Notes under the pieces: generated by a model
What the model was told of the DNA's origin: nothing
Seen by the model: the letters and a program-made list of their open reading frames with translations, nothing else
Database searches by the model: none
Position numbers and translations under genes: made by a program
In this document: piece after piece, positions 41,301-50,692 of the stretch
How positions within the stretch are numbered: the first letter of the stretch is position 1
Layout of the letters: each line of letters begins with the position of its first letter
Origin: a virus
Virus record (IMG/VR): IMGVR_UViG_3300042310_000427
Span: 2,371-66,370 of that record
DNA: 64,000 bases
Reading direction: 5' to 3' (one strand)

Positions 41301-43988
41301 CTGATTGAATCCTTTGCAGATGATTTTAAGTGGCAAGAAAAAGTACAAAACGAGATTGAAAAAGTAAAAGGCACATTGCCGGATGACATGAATCCTTATA
41401 TGCAAAAGGATATAAGCATAGGTAGAGTAGAGAATACTATATCCGAAATGATGCAAAAGATTTTTGGCAAAAGATATGGTCAACTTAAAACAAACAAGAA
41501 GGGTGAAAAATCATTGTTTGAAAGAGCAGCCCAAGATAAAATAAGCCAAGAAGATTTAGATTTCTTTATGTATGTCCAACACGCAAAAGAGAGAAATGCA
41601 AGGGTTGAGGCAGCTAAAATAATAGAAAAAACACAAGCAATACAAGAGGCTCAAGATAGATTAGCAGACCTTGTAACTCAAGACCAAACAAATCCATCAG
41701 TAAAAGCTCAGACTACTATGGCCAAACAAGCATTATCAGAGGCTCAATCAATGGCGATTGTTACAGATGGTAGTGGTATGAGTAACGAGGAAGCAGACAG
41801 GTTTATGCAAGAGTTTGAAAAGTCAGGTAAAGTGCCAAAACTTGAGGAGTACGCCAAAGAGTACAGAGAAACGGTAATTAAGCCAATGATTGACATGATG
41901 GAGGAAGGCAACTTATTAGATGCCGACCAAGCAGAAATGTTAAGAACTGGTATGGATAAAAAGACAGGTGTTAAATTTGATTACTATGTTCCATTAAAAG
42001 TAGAAAAAGAAGCATTAGAACAATCTCAAGGAACGGTTGCATCAGCAAGTCCAACATTACTTAATCCAATTAAATCTATAAAAGGAACATCAAAGTATGA
42101 TTATGTAAAAAGGATTAGTCCAATAGCGCAATCAATATCAGATTTCCAAGCAGCAGCAAAATCGGTAGAGGATAATAAAACCGCACAATCTTTATACAAA
42201 TTAGTAAAAGAAAATCCTAATAAAGATATTTGGGAAATAGTATCACCAACCTTTATGCCTAATGCTGATGGTATTCCAATAAACCAAACAGCACAAGATG
42301 TAAAAGACAGTTCTATTCCGGTTAAAATTGATGGCAAACTAAAATACATTAAATTAAACCATAAAGGATTAAGGGAAGCATGGATGAGAAAGCAATCAAA
42401 TCCGGAATACATTTGGAGATTATTACTTAATGTATTTAGAACATACAATAACTTTAAAAGAAAAGTATTGACACAATTCTCTCCTGAGTTTGCATTAGTG
42501 AATTTAATTAGGGATGTGCAAGATGCGGTGTTTAATAGCTCAGGTGTTGATATTCCATTCTTAGGGAAACAAATTATAGGTAACTTACCGAAAGCCAATG
42601 CAACAGCAGCAAAAGCGATATATGGTAACTTAGACCCTGATTCCGACATGGGCAAAACACTTGACCTATACCTTGCAAGTGGTGGTAAAATATCTTGGGC
42701 TAATTACAATGCAATAGAGGATGTTCAAAAAGAAATAGACCAAATGACTGCCAAGTTTAGTGATGACAAATCATTAGGGTATTATGGCAAGAATGTGTTT
42801 AACAAAGTGGTTGCTACAATAGGTTCATTTAACGAAACGGTTGAAACAGGAACAAGGCTTGCAACATTTAAAGCGTTAATAGATAATGGCATTACCCCTG
42901 AAAAGGCAGCATCAATATCCAAGAACATGACTGTAAACTTTAATAAAAGAGGAACAGCCACACCATTATTAAACGCAGCTTATTTGTTTAGTAATGCAGG
43001 GATTCAATCAATATATGTAGGCGCAAAAGGATTGGTAAAATCTAAAAAAACACAAAGATATGCAGCTTATATGATGCTAACAGGTGCAGCAATTCCATTT
43101 ATACAACAAATGATGATAGCAGCAGTATCGGAAAGTGATGAGGAAGAAAAAGAATACAAGCAATTATTAACAGATGAGGATAATACTAACTTCATTGTTA
43201 TACCAACTGGTAAAAAACAATTTTTAAGAATATCCAAATCTTATGGTATGATAAAAGTGTTCTTAAATTCAGGACAAGAATTAGGTAGTGCAATGATTGA
43301 TGGTAAGATTTCTGAACATTCAGCTAATATTGTTTCAACAATACTAAGTGTAATTGACCCAATAGCAGGTAGCTCACAAAACACATTATCAGCAGTTGCA
43401 CCTACCACATTAAGACCATTTGTAGAGGTATTGATGTTAAATAGAAATTACCAAAATGCGCCTATTTATCCGGAAGATAGATTTGGGCCTGAATCAGCAG
43501 ACTATTTAAAATTCTACCCTAAAACAGCAGACTTTTATAAAAACTTTGCAGAAAACATGTATTTTAAATCAGGTAGCAACATTGATGTATCTCCCGAAAC
43601 ATTAGAATACATTGTAAATGATTTCTTTAGTGGTATATTCAGAACAGGGGAAAACTTTATAGTAGCAGGCTCACAACTTGCCCAAGGCAAAGAGGTTGAC
43701 CCTAACAAAATACCATTCAAATCTAAATTTATAGTAGATATGTCCGAGCAAGATTGGAGATACACTAAAGATTTCTGGACAATTTATAATAATTCTGAAA
43801 AGGTGTTATACCAAAAAGAAGAAATTGAGGAAGTGATTAAATTGGTAATGAAGCTTGATGCCAAAAGAATAAAAGAGAATGGTCCAGAGGCGGTTAAGGA
43901 CATGCAAAAGAAAGTAGATTTAATCTACGAAGGCCAAGAAAAACTAAAAGAAAGAAAAGAAGCATTTGAAAAGAAACAACAAAACTAA
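35400..43988 (+). CDS. giant polyvalent ejection protein (GNAT-like, ParB-like, C-terminal LPD38-like)
   Basis: 2862 aa; ParB-like 'DIKKNGIKEPIVV...KNGNNRAAIAKELG'; C-terminal 'ETGTRLATF...TVNFNKRG...YLFSNAGIQ...IDVSPETLEY'. Confidence 0.8.
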   Translation: MPDRKKLLQDFYAKYAPDQELSDERLSAIDKKYGNNNEQLLRDFYAKYAPDQEVTPERIDAINKKYQLNTTPPTEPPIQKTGTYEPRNKVAEMLNQPTSQDIQREKRGIGTQKEVVSGTKAPEIKVKTEDVEKFIENKATESAYIGTKQEAEGKGLKNTLDLFPEKSDNIANYLNEESKVEYNFLKALENYGREVNELTARTGATGNPQTQADLQKAKFNKYKTQVELEKFTKQRNAKIDEAITLNENLINYLTAQGDSEEKIADAQKEIVRLQSQKENYLQNPDQKIMSVFSANKQEMDEFKVPGNTPRERVKNYALIVNRQIEEIDEKIKTKFPGEPLEKPSWTGGYKMATRSPELEVLWERKMKLTPKMQALAQVALVDRMPTKTTGGFIGSMFDAISKELLPDKMTQTNLKDLSIQDVGKIIEKNQIAMGLTDEMVKESAVKQTKELQTPTEFFSAEGMGNLFGTSLSMIPAFTLGNKATAAMKIPQMIRMARMASTTTKYGKYLVPTLKASQQGIEYAMAKPFLQQEELKDEANFLSGFLGAVLSKPVEKALSAKNIQSMIGSLFGEKAPIVVNQLTVLGNKVANGFGEYGSEVGETVGSIAQTYLETKNFAELKKSLNEQFGSLEPNMELFVGSVVMGFFMGSGTGIGDAAINKSKEVYAAMTPEQKKTADEILKQFKDDLEVSEVNAKRQEIAEGDAPPKVEEVTEVDLQNKQAAIEVIQSPTTSIKEKAEAAKIVRDIEAKEREVKITEKALEQGPLAEGEVVKEEVVETPKEEVVKETPMAEETKVGELVVTDEVKDIKDEVTDEKIGEKKYQSFSIDFEDGARAIGTIENGVASISGINAPKAEGSAIEPKRGTKTYERVISKLKESGVKTISVKLQSTDSEKAIDKLVEKGILTNPRDIRGGSFNQRPTTFDISEQPTTPKEVTPITPKAGSVGVGGDVTEAEKMQFGAGYKDYNFKKENVPISKIRITEQPSLSERKDLVEDIKKNGIKEPIVVEYDKESDTYYVKNGNNRAAIAKELGITEVPTIIAEYKKQSLKETPKEVTPTTPILKEEGKIEDKIEEAPKEVVEAKVEGVKIAKTNNINGYEFTDTPSLKDVIVKTVPKENLVTVESDIFLTENKNSLAEGVKNEGGGWYSMKQNAGAEVFLYNDITKEGVVLTEKKGGTMGVVVQDFIKNNSREAATTTQNKPSQTPLSEQKGQNKVETPKKESLKEQKPKAKAEIKAEKEAEIKDRLLDRLAAYNSLSTYQQNTQKNRDEIVDIFGVASKYKFTIADANVKSTKQSKKYELFKDGKKQTRTKVATETTKATPEQVKVAERLIDKDMVTMWDGSPYTPHLDAVSYGITWQQIRKGEQDIKNGKVDSVPARKLIEVLNQIEADGMVNLVSGSGSMMQRDGYKLSEARQANREIPELTDEDIAEINANEDALAKEYDEWFESLSEEEQINILEENENRNQNEIEQSPESREGKKDVSNEKDGTRESLQEKVAEAEKDLKSAQNKLSKARQSQDEIGKEQQVNIFGNKPADNKLFGADVSIAEKQIKKLQDEVDAAKENLDKAKAELDNVVPANQMQMGLEGESETADPLKNVENTAKALEGIDNFKERFLEFFAPIVNNIKKELPKFAGKDKSAKIVVINKGGFIGDPITFYRNGKLYKGQTKEVKQTIKSRADGKPTQQEINEALSKIDDKNLFNVVVSNEFGDVVLRGDLVVSPKEVSIEDAQAELDILNESKAFASEKILNTPQGISEAYHKAKADGSNPKLVQAVEDAVSQSTEQALKDTIAKELNKSANELGSFNIGSTKLWLSMAKLMGLYSKKGVTKFGDFIKATGYKATSALKSLWDAIRNRKQTTISKSVKNAKLRTLNARVLFYEALIGVDPLADGQTQLDDIKNTIATYKTLAIHANKNEVQDVINAVDALSDLYIELSADLNTVKDKIASQAANGQQAIELKEDLTTVGKLIESFADDFKWQEKVQNEIEKVKGTLPDDMNPYMQKDISIGRVENTISEMMQKIFGKRYGQLKTNKKGEKSLFERAAQDKISQEDLDFFMYVQHAKERNARVEAAKIIEKTQAIQEAQDRLADLVTQDQTNPSVKAQTTMAKQALSEAQSMAIVTDGSGMSNEEADRFMQEFEKSGKVPKLEEYAKEYRETVIKPMIDMMEEGNLLDADQAEMLRTGMDKKTGVKFDYYVPLKVEKEALEQSQGTVASASPTLLNPIKSIKGTSKYDYVKRISPIAQSISDFQAAAKSVEDNKTAQSLYKLVKENPNKDIWEIVSPTFMPNADGIPINQTAQDVKDSSIPVKIDGKLKYIKLNHKGLREAWMRKQSNPEYIWRLLLNVFRTYNNFKRKVLTQFSPEFALVNLIRDVQDAVFNSSGVDIPFLGKQIIGNLPKANATAAKAIYGNLDPDSDMGKTLDLYLASGGKISWANYNAIEDVQKEIDQMTAKFSDDKSLGYYGKNVFNKVVATIGSFNETVETGTRLATFKALIDNGITPEKAASISKNMTVNFNKRGTATPLLNAAYLFSNAGIQSIYVGAKGLVKSKKTQRYAAYMMLTGAAIPFIQQMMIAAVSESDEEEKEYKQLLTDEDNTNFIVIPTGKKQFLRISKSYGMIKVFLNSGQELGSAMIDGKISEHSANIVSTILSVIDPIAGSSQNTLSAVAPTTLRPFVEVLMLNRNYQNAPIYPEDRFGPESADYLKFYPKTADFYKNFAENMYFKSGSNIDVSPETLEYIVNDFFSGIFRTGENFIVAGSQLAQGKEVDPNKIPFKSKFIVDMSEQDWRYTKDFWTIYNNSEKVLYQKEEIEEVIKLVMKLDAKRIKENGPEAVKDMQKKVDLIYEGQEKLKERKEAFEKKQQN
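38187..38568 (+). repeat. perfect 22-bp direct repeats flanking the ParB-like domain
   Basis: ACACCCAAAGAAGTAACTCCTA at 38187 and 38547, 360 bp apart (in frame). Confidence 0.9.
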
Positions 43989-44014
43989 CTAAACATTATA
44001 TTTGCGAGTAACAA

Positions 44015-45415
44015 ATGATAAGACTTAACACCCCTATAGAATCTATTGTAATTAATCTCCAATCAGCAGGGGAAATTAACTATAACATACAATATGTATT
44101 TGTAAGGAATGGTGTTACATTAAATAAATCAGTTGAAGGAATACTTACCACAAGCGGACAACACCAAGTTTTAATCAATGATTACTCAAGTGGATATTTT
44201 GATATTACCTATCTGAATATTACTAACATTGACCCGGCACAGAATTACATAAGTGTCCTTAAAAAAACAAATGTCAATGAAACTAATCTTACCTCAGAGG
44301 CAATAGGACTTAAAAACAGAGAGTGTATTGAGTTTACCTCAGAAAGTGGATTTAAGACATTAGATCAAAACGGTAGTTTTAAAACAATTACTTCAAGTGT
44401 AGCAGCAGATGGTGATGTTCAAAATAGCGATATGTCTTACATGGCAACCGTTCCAAGTGCTGGAAGCTTAACATTGCCAGATAGCCAAATAAATGTAAAT
44501 GGTATTGATGAAGGAGATGTTGTAAGTGTTAAAACTATTGATGTCAATTTAACAGATGGTGTAAATCCGGTAGTTCCAAGTGCAATAAGCTTAGTGGGAA
44601 ATACTCTTGAATTGACAGTATTATCATCAGGAGGGGGCGATGTTGATGTTGAAATAAATGGCGTTCCTTATGATACTATAACAGCCCCTGCAACAGTGGA
44701 TGTTCCTGTAATAAATAGTGCATCAACACCTGTTGGTACAATTGTAGGAATAAATGTTGAAATAGGAAATAGTACAGCAGTAATTAAAAATAGCGCAGGA
44801 ACAACAATTAAAACAGAGGCAATACCGGCAGCAACTTCCGAAAATATAACTATAATCAATAGTACAGTCAATGTTAGAAAAAGTGATGCTACATTGATAA
44901 GTGCAGTTACTGTACTTGCAGAAGGTTCAGCAAACTATAATGTTGCAGACAGTACCGCAGTTATTAAGAATAGCGCAGGAACGACTCTTAAATCTGAGGG
45001 AATACTTGCAGCTACATCAGAAAACATTACTATTAATGATTCAACGGCAGTTATAAAAGACTCCGCAGGAACGACATTAAAATCCGAAAACATACTTGCA
45101 GAGGCATCGGAAAATATCACAATAAATGATAGTGTAGCGGTATTAAAAGATACTGCAATGGTAACTCTTGATACAGTAAATATTTTAGCAGAAGATACTG
45201 AAAACATTGTATTAGATGATTTCAATGTGGAGGTAGAGGACCCTTTAGGGAGTGTTATTTTAACTGATAGTTATTTAGCATACTCTATGAATACTCTTAA
45301 TTTAACTGCCCTTTCAAATGCCAATGTAGTAATTGGAAGTGCAACATCAATAACAATAAGCGCAACTGCACCATTAACACCTACACTAGGCGATATATGG
45401 TTTCAACCTAATTAA
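44015..45415 (+). CDS. tail fibre protein with ~29-aa repeats
   Basis: about five copies of DSTAVIKxSAGTTLKSExIxAxxSENITIN; ends in SATAP..PTLGDIWF. Confidence 0.75.
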   Translation: MIRLNTPIESIVINLQSAGEINYNIQYVFVRNGVTLNKSVEGILTTSGQHQVLINDYSSGYFDITYLNITNIDPAQNYISVLKKTNVNETNLTSEAIGLKNRECIEFTSESGFKTLDQNGSFKTITSSVAADGDVQNSDMSYMATVPSAGSLTLPDSQINVNGIDEGDVVSVKTIDVNLTDGVNPVVPSAISLVGNTLELTVLSSGGGDVDVEINGVPYDTITAPATVDVPVINSASTPVGTIVGINVEIGNSTAVIKNSAGTTIKTEAIPAATSENITIINSTVNVRKSDATLISAVTVLAEGSANYNVADSTAVIKNSAGTTLKSEGILAATSENITINDSTAVIKDSAGTTLKSENILAEASENITINDSVAVLKDTAMVTLDTVNILAEDTENIVLDDFNVEVEDPLGSVILTDSYLAYSMNTLNLTALSNANVVIGSATSITISATAPLTPTLGDIWFQPN

Positions 45416-45432
45416 AATAAATAAAATAATAT

Positions 45433-45849
45433 ATGGCAACTTTCAACAAATTCAACGCCTTTGTGGCAGACTTAGCAAATGGGGTTCATAATCTCGGAAC
45501 AAATCAATTAGTAGTAGCATTATCAAATAGCGCACCAAGCGCAACAGATGCAACACTAACTGCAATCACACAAATATCTTACACAGGTTTAAGTACAAGA
45601 AACATCACAACAACTTCAAGCACACAGACTTCGGGTTTGTATTCTTTGGTGTTAGTAGATTTAGTTCTTACTGCATCGGGTGCAATTCCTACTTTTAGAT
45701 ATGTGGTTATTTACAATGATACTCCAACATCACCTGCCGACCCATTGATAGGATGGTATGACTATGGTGTAGGTGGTGTAACTATGGCTAATGGAGATAC
45801 ATTTACAATCGACTTTACAGACGCTCAAAAATTAATAGAAATTTCTTAA
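45433..45849 (+). CDS. tail-associated structural protein
   Basis: 'MATFNKF...FRYVVIYNDT...LIGWYDYG...GDTFTIDF' pattern of small phage structural proteins. Confidence 0.7.
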   Translation: MATFNKFNAFVADLANGVHNLGTNQLVVALSNSAPSATDATLTAITQISYTGLSTRNITTTSSTQTSGLYSLVLVDLVLTASGAIPTFRYVVIYNDTPTSPADPLIGWYDYGVGGVTMANGDTFTIDFTDAQKLIEIS

Positions 45850-45859
45850 TTAAATATTT

Positions 45860-46291
45860 ATGGCAGACAATATAGGATATACCCCAGGAACAGGCGCAAC
45901 GATTGCAGCCGATGAAATAGGAGGCGTACTTCATCAACGAGTAAAAATAGGAGTAGGTGCAGATGGTACTGCAACAGATGTAAGCAGTAACAACCCAATG
46001 CCTATAATGGCTTATGGTGAATTAGTTGAAGCGATTGAAGCTATGCGAATGGCAATTCAATCACTCAATAGAACAATAGGATTAGCACAAGTCAACCCAC
46101 TTACAGGTCGTATGTTGGTAGATGGTTCGGGTGTTACTCAACCAATATCGGGTTCGGTAACTGCCAATCAGGGCGGTACTTGGAACATCACCAACCTTGC
46201 AACTATTGGAGGCCAGAATGCCAACTCACAAATACAATCATTCGAAAGAATGACGGCAGACAATTTAAGAAGAAATATAATCGTAACATAA
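45860..46291 (+). CDS. tail fibre-associated protein
   Basis: 'DGSGVTQPISG' fibre-type motif. Confidence 0.65.
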   Translation: MADNIGYTPGTGATIAADEIGGVLHQRVKIGVGADGTATDVSSNNPMPIMAYGELVEAIEAMRMAIQSLNRTIGLAQVNPLTGRMLVDGSGVTQPISGSVTANQGGTWNITNLATIGGQNANSQIQSFERMTADNLRRNIIVT

Positions 46292-46302
46292 TAAAAAAAA
46301 TC

Positions 46303-47736
46303 ATGGCAACTACAAACGGCAACAGAAAATTATTAGATTTAAAAAGATGGGAGCAAGTCACTCCCGCTCCCGCTGCAACAACCGCAGGTTCATTCATTGC
46401 ATCTTCACGTCATTTCAAACAACAACAATTGTATGTGAGAGGAACAACCGAAGCGTATCTTTACAACCCAACCGAAGATGGATGGGTGCAAATACCATCC
46501 CCTGCTCTTGCGGGGACTTTGGTAGCAGGTTCGTCAGGCGTAGCAGGGGCATGGTCAACAGGTACAACGGTTGGTGCTGCATCGCTAACTGCAACGGGTG
46601 GCACAACATCTACAATTGTAACCAACCAAACATTGGCACGTTCAATAGCTGGTTACAAAATACATATCCTTTCAGGGCCAAACGCAGGAGTTACTCTTGA
46701 CATTGTTTCTAACACAATAGGAGCAACAGCCACTATTACCGTAGCTGCACAGGCATCTGCATTTACTGCATCAACCGTATATCGTTTATGTACGCCTGTT
46801 TGGTATGTTCTAGGGTCAGGTACACTTGCATCGGGTTCTTTCAAAAAATACGATTTTGCAACGAACACTTGGACAACTCTTGTAAACACAGGATTGCCTG
46901 CAACCATTGGAACAGATGGCAAAATGATTAGCACTCCTTCATTTTTGAACAATGATTATGAAGTTTTTGCAACAGGAACAGCAACAAGTGCAACTGGTAC
47001 TACGTTGGTCAATTCAGCGAAAGGATGGGCAACTAACCAATGGGCGAATTATCAAGTAAGAATTGTATCAGGTACAGGTGCAGGTCAAATTAGGTCAATT
47101 ACTTCTAACACAGGAACTACCTTAACCGTTCCTACTTGGACAACCACACCCGATGCAACTTCGGTTTATAACATAGAGGGTAATGATGACTTCCTTTACT
47201 ACATGGGTAACAACGCAGTAACTCTTTATCGTTATTCAATTTCGGCAAACACTTGGAGTACGCTATCACCAACGGCTGCAAGAGCAGCAGCACCTACAAC
47301 TGGTATGTCTGGTCATTGGATATATGGTGAAACGAATACAGATTGGATAGCTGAAAATGCAATTATAAACGGGCGTAGGATTTATTCATTTCGAGGTGCA
47401 GCAGGTGCAGTTTTGGATTACTATGATATAGCTGCTAACACTTGGGTATCAGGTGTTTTATATTCTCCTGCAACTGAAACATTTTCAACAGGCACAAAAT
47501 ACACTTATATCAACGATAAGATATACATTCAAAAAGATGCAAGTAACAGGTGGTTTGAATATGACATTGCAGACCAAAACATGATGGGATGGACTACAAT
47601 GCCTGTTGTGCAAGGTACTGCAATTGTTGGTGATACTTGTTTTGATGCAACATATTACGATGGTGCAACAGAGATACATTATGTGTATATGCTTGTAAAT
47701 TCATCCACTCTTATGTACAGACAAATGGTAATCTAA
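46303..47736 (+). CDS. Kelch-like beta-propeller fibre/receptor-binding protein
   Basis: repeated 'Y(D/S)xxxNTW' blades and two 'I.SGxxAG..R.I.SNT' inserts; likely start MATTN. Confidence 0.7.
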   Translation: MATTNGNRKLLDLKRWEQVTPAPAATTAGSFIASSRHFKQQQLYVRGTTEAYLYNPTEDGWVQIPSPALAGTLVAGSSGVAGAWSTGTTVGAASLTATGGTTSTIVTNQTLARSIAGYKIHILSGPNAGVTLDIVSNTIGATATITVAAQASAFTASTVYRLCTPVWYVLGSGTLASGSFKKYDFATNTWTTLVNTGLPATIGTDGKMISTPSFLNNDYEVFATGTATSATGTTLVNSAKGWATNQWANYQVRIVSGTGAGQIRSITSNTGTTLTVPTWTTTPDATSVYNIEGNDDFLYYMGNNAVTLYRYSISANTWSTLSPTAARAAAPTTGMSGHWIYGETNTDWIAENAIINGRRIYSFRGAAGAVLDYYDIAANTWVSGVLYSPATETFSTGTKYTYINDKIYIQKDASNRWFEYDIADQNMMGWTTMPVVQGTAIVGDTCFDATYYDGATEIHYVYMLVNSSTLMYRQMVI

Positions 47737-47750
47737 AATAATAATATACA

Positions 47751-48419
47751 ATGTTACTAACCTTACTGCAAAATAGTGGAACATCTCCAACTGCATACAC
47801 CATTTCATGCAGTAAGGTTACTTATGCCTTAACGGGAAAAGATGCTACATTAACATTTTCGGCAGGTTCAATTAGTTATTCAATAACTGCAAGTAAAGGC
47901 ACTTATACTCTAAGTGGTAAAGACGCAGAATTTAGGGTAGGTAGAACAATATCATCCGAAAAAGGAGTTTATAGTTTAACAGGCAAAGATGCAGACTTTA
48001 AAGTAGGTAGAAGTATTGCCTCCGAAAAAGGAACATTTACTTTAAGTGGTAAAGTTGCAGAGTTTAAAGTAGGAAGAACTATATCAAGTGAGAAAGGTGT
48101 TTATACTTTAAGTGGAAAAGTTGCTGATTTCAAAGTAGGTCGCACTATTGGATTAACTAAAGGTGTATTTTCTTTAACAGGCAAAGATGCTAATTTAATT
48201 TACGGAGGAACAAGTGTAAGTTATAATATTTCAGCAAATAAAACTACATACGATTTAATTGGAAATTATGTATCTTTGAAATTAAATTTTACCCAAGCAA
48301 TAACTTATGTAAGTCCAAATTTTGTTTTAGGTAGAATAAGAGTTTACAATGGCACTATATGGCAAGATGTGATAACATATCAATATAAAAATAATAAATG
48401 GAATGGCTTTACCAAATAA
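47751..48419 (+). CDS. repeat-containing fibre protein
   Basis: tandem I..EKG.YxL(S/T)GKxAxFKVGR repeats. Confidence 0.7.
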   Translation: MLLTLLQNSGTSPTAYTISCSKVTYALTGKDATLTFSAGSISYSITASKGTYTLSGKDAEFRVGRTISSEKGVYSLTGKDADFKVGRSIASEKGTFTLSGKVAEFKVGRTISSEKGVYTLSGKVADFKVGRTIGLTKGVFSLTGKDANLIYGGTSVSYNISANKTTYDLIGNYVSLKLNFTQAITYVSPNFVLGRIRVYNGTIWQDVITYQYKNNKWNGFTK

Positions 48420-49551
48420 CAAATTAACGATAATAACGGATAATCCAATTTGCGCAAATGCTTCAGTAGAAAATAGCAATGCTAGTTATTCTACAATAGT
48501 TGCAAGTGGTGGATTACTTACATTGCCGGACCAACAAATAAACATAAACTCAGTAGATGAGGGAGATATACCAAGTGTAGGTACTATAGATATTGATTTG
48601 TCAGATGGTGTTAATCCTGTTACTCCTACAAGTGTTACAATTACAGGTAGAACTATTGATATAGTTGTGCCAACAGGTGCAGGTTCTTTTGATGTAAATT
48701 TAGTTGATAGATTTGGCAACAATTTAGGAACTAAAGCAGTAACTGCAAATGCTAATTGGGATTTAAGAACATTAACACCTTTTGATTGGGCTGATATATT
48801 TTTAACAAATGCAACAGGAAGTTATACAAGTGGAGAGCAACAAGCTATTATCGATGCAGTTGATGATTGGTTTACTTCAGGAGTTTGGGAAAGAAGGAGA
48901 GCTATTTATTTATTTACAGGTAAAAATGCTTTTGATAATTCTTTAAATTTAAAATACCCTTTTAATAGCAATAATACAGATAATTTAGTATTTGCAGGAA
49001 GTCCTACACATAACTCAAACGGGGTTACATTTTCTGCTACAAGTGCAGCATTAATTAATATAAATAGTATTATGTTAAATGTACAAAATACAAATTTCTT
49101 TATTTATTCAAGAACTAATAGTCTGCCGACAGGATTGGCATTTGATTTAGTAACTGCTAATGTTAGTTCAAATCAAACTTATATAGGACTAAGAGATAAC
49201 AATACAAATAGATGTTTTTTTGCTTTTAATGGGAATATAAATGTAAGTGGTACAAATACAGATAGCAGAGGTGGTTATCATACTAATGCAATTGCAGGAA
49301 CAAATGCAAGTAAATTTGTTAAGAACGGAAACACAGGAAGTCCATTATTAACATTAACTGCGGGAACAGGAATTAGTGCATCAACATTTGGATTAGGTGG
49401 TGCAGTTAATGAGATATTTACAGTAACTTCCCCTACTTCAAGAAATTATGCAGGATTAGCAGTTGGGTTGAGTCTAACAGACACGCAAATGCAAGATGAT
49501 TATACAATTTGGCAACAATTCCAAACAGATTTTAATGGTAGACAAGTATGA
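48403..49551 (+). CDS. tail fibre/receptor-binding protein
   Basis: N-terminal ~70 aa is paralogous to part of 44015-45415; lectin-like C-terminus ending GRQV. Confidence 0.7.
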   Translation: MALPNNKLTIITDNPICANASVENSNASYSTIVASGGLLTLPDQQININSVDEGDIPSVGTIDIDLSDGVNPVTPTSVTITGRTIDIVVPTGAGSFDVNLVDRFGNNLGTKAVTANANWDLRTLTPFDWADIFLTNATGSYTSGEQQAIIDAVDDWFTSGVWERRRAIYLFTGKNAFDNSLNLKYPFNSNNTDNLVFAGSPTHNSNGVTFSATSAALININSIMLNVQNTNFFIYSRTNSLPTGLAFDLVTANVSSNQTYIGLRDNNTNRCFFAFNGNINVSGTNTDSRGGYHTNAIAGTNASKFVKNGNTGSPLLTLTAGTGISASTFGLGGAVNEIFTVTSPTSRNYAGLAVGLSLTDTQMQDDYTIWQQFQTDFNGRQV

Positions 49552-50054
49552 TAATAATTAATACAAACCAATATAATGGCACACAAATAGGAGTTAATGC
49601 CTTTTTTGCTGCACCTATTTTAAGTGGTCAATACATAGGTAAATTCGCAACAAGTGAAAACGCTTTAAATGAATTTCCTGAGATATTTAAAAACTTAACT
49701 TATGAAATTGTAGATTTAGATGCAAGTGCTTTTCAAGTAGATTATACACCACCTACATTAACACCTTATGCAGTCGTTATTCCTGAGATTTATCAATGGG
49801 CATTTCCTGAAAATAAGTTTGTTTTAGGAGGATTTGAAATCCCTTTAGACACTCACAACACAGATAAGGTTGTTAATATAGCTTACTTTATGTGGGAGGA
49901 ATTTAGGGCAGAGTTAGACTCAGGGAAATATGAAGATTTGAAACGCAGTTTGATGCCTATTTGGGATTATGTTCAAGTACAAGTAGATACTATCGGTCCA
50001 TGGTTGCAAGACCCTGAAAATAATCAATTATCAGACAAAGTGGTGATATTATAA
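49548..50054 (+). CDS. putative fibre chaperone/accessory protein
   Basis: acidic 168-aa ORF coupled to the fibre gene. Confidence 0.55.
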   Translation: MIIINTNQYNGTQIGVNAFFAAPILSGQYIGKFATSENALNEFPEIFKNLTYEIVDLDASAFQVDYTPPTLTPYAVVIPEIYQWAFPENKFVLGGFEIPLDTHNTDKVVNIAYFMWEEFRAELDSGKYEDLKRSLMPIWDYVQVQVDTIGPWLQDPENNQLSDKVVIL

Positions 50055-50083
50055 ACAACCTAAGATATTTTTAATTATTTTTG
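50055..50083 (+). promoter_or_regulatory. putative late promoter ACAACCTA-N17-TTTG
   Basis: exact motif copy; ATG 4 nt after TTTG. Confidence 0.7.
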
Positions 50084-50087
50084 CCTT

Positions 50088-50612
50088 ATGCAAATAGTAT
50101 TAGTCCACAGCCCATTCAGTTTTAAAAGACCACTTTCATTAATTGGTTGGGCTATAAGGAAAGTTACCAGAACTTATTGGAATCATGCTTCACTATTAGT
50201 TAATATTCATGGCACTAAAATGATTTTAGAATCTGATATTAAAGGTGTGGTTGCTATACCATTTAAAGAATGGGCAAAGGAGCAAGAAATTGCAATCTAT
50301 GATTTTGACTATGGCCAAAAGGAAATATCTAAGGCATGGAGTAAGGTAGGCCACACAAAATATGACTTTGCGTCATTATTGTGGTTTGGATTAGTAAGAA
50401 GTGTAACCGGCAAGTATTACGGTTATACGGTTGAAAGAAAAGCAGCAAAAAGATTTTATTGCTATGAGTATTTGGCATGGGTAATGGGTATGGATAACTA
50501 CTATAACATATTACCACACGAGTTCATTAAGCACTTGGAGAATGAGGGGTTAGTGCCATTACATGTTGAACCTATTAAAGCCAAAGACTTAATTGATGAA
50601 AAGATGGATTAG
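50088..50612 (+). CDS. permuted papain-like (YiiX/YebB-type NlpC/P60) enzyme
   Basis: 'YWNHAS' His precedes 'KYDF...FYCYEY' Cys. Confidence 0.8.
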   Translation: MQIVLVHSPFSFKRPLSLIGWAIRKVTRTYWNHASLLVNIHGTKMILESDIKGVVAIPFKEWAKEQEIAIYDFDYGQKEISKAWSKVGHTKYDFASLLWFGLVRSVTGKYYGYTVERKAAKRFYCYEYLAWVMGMDNYYNILPHEFIKHLENEGLVPLHVEPIKAKDLIDEKMD

Positions 50613-50692
50613 AAAAATCAGGATAAAACTAAAAAAGACAACGCAAGTGATATTATTAATTATGAAGCTCGACCCTAAATATAACCCTAACG

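Noticed and set aside
35400-43988. crAss-type virion RNA polymerase
   Set aside because: No DxDxD catalytic motif was found; the C-terminus looks LPD38-like instead.
13701-43988. Stop-codon reassignment as in some crAss-like phages
   Set aside because: Core genes are full length and densely packed under the standard code.
44015-49551. Diversity-generating retroelement or invertible fibre locus
   Set aside because: No reverse transcriptase or invertase is present; the repeats differ at all bases and look like ordinary protein repeats.
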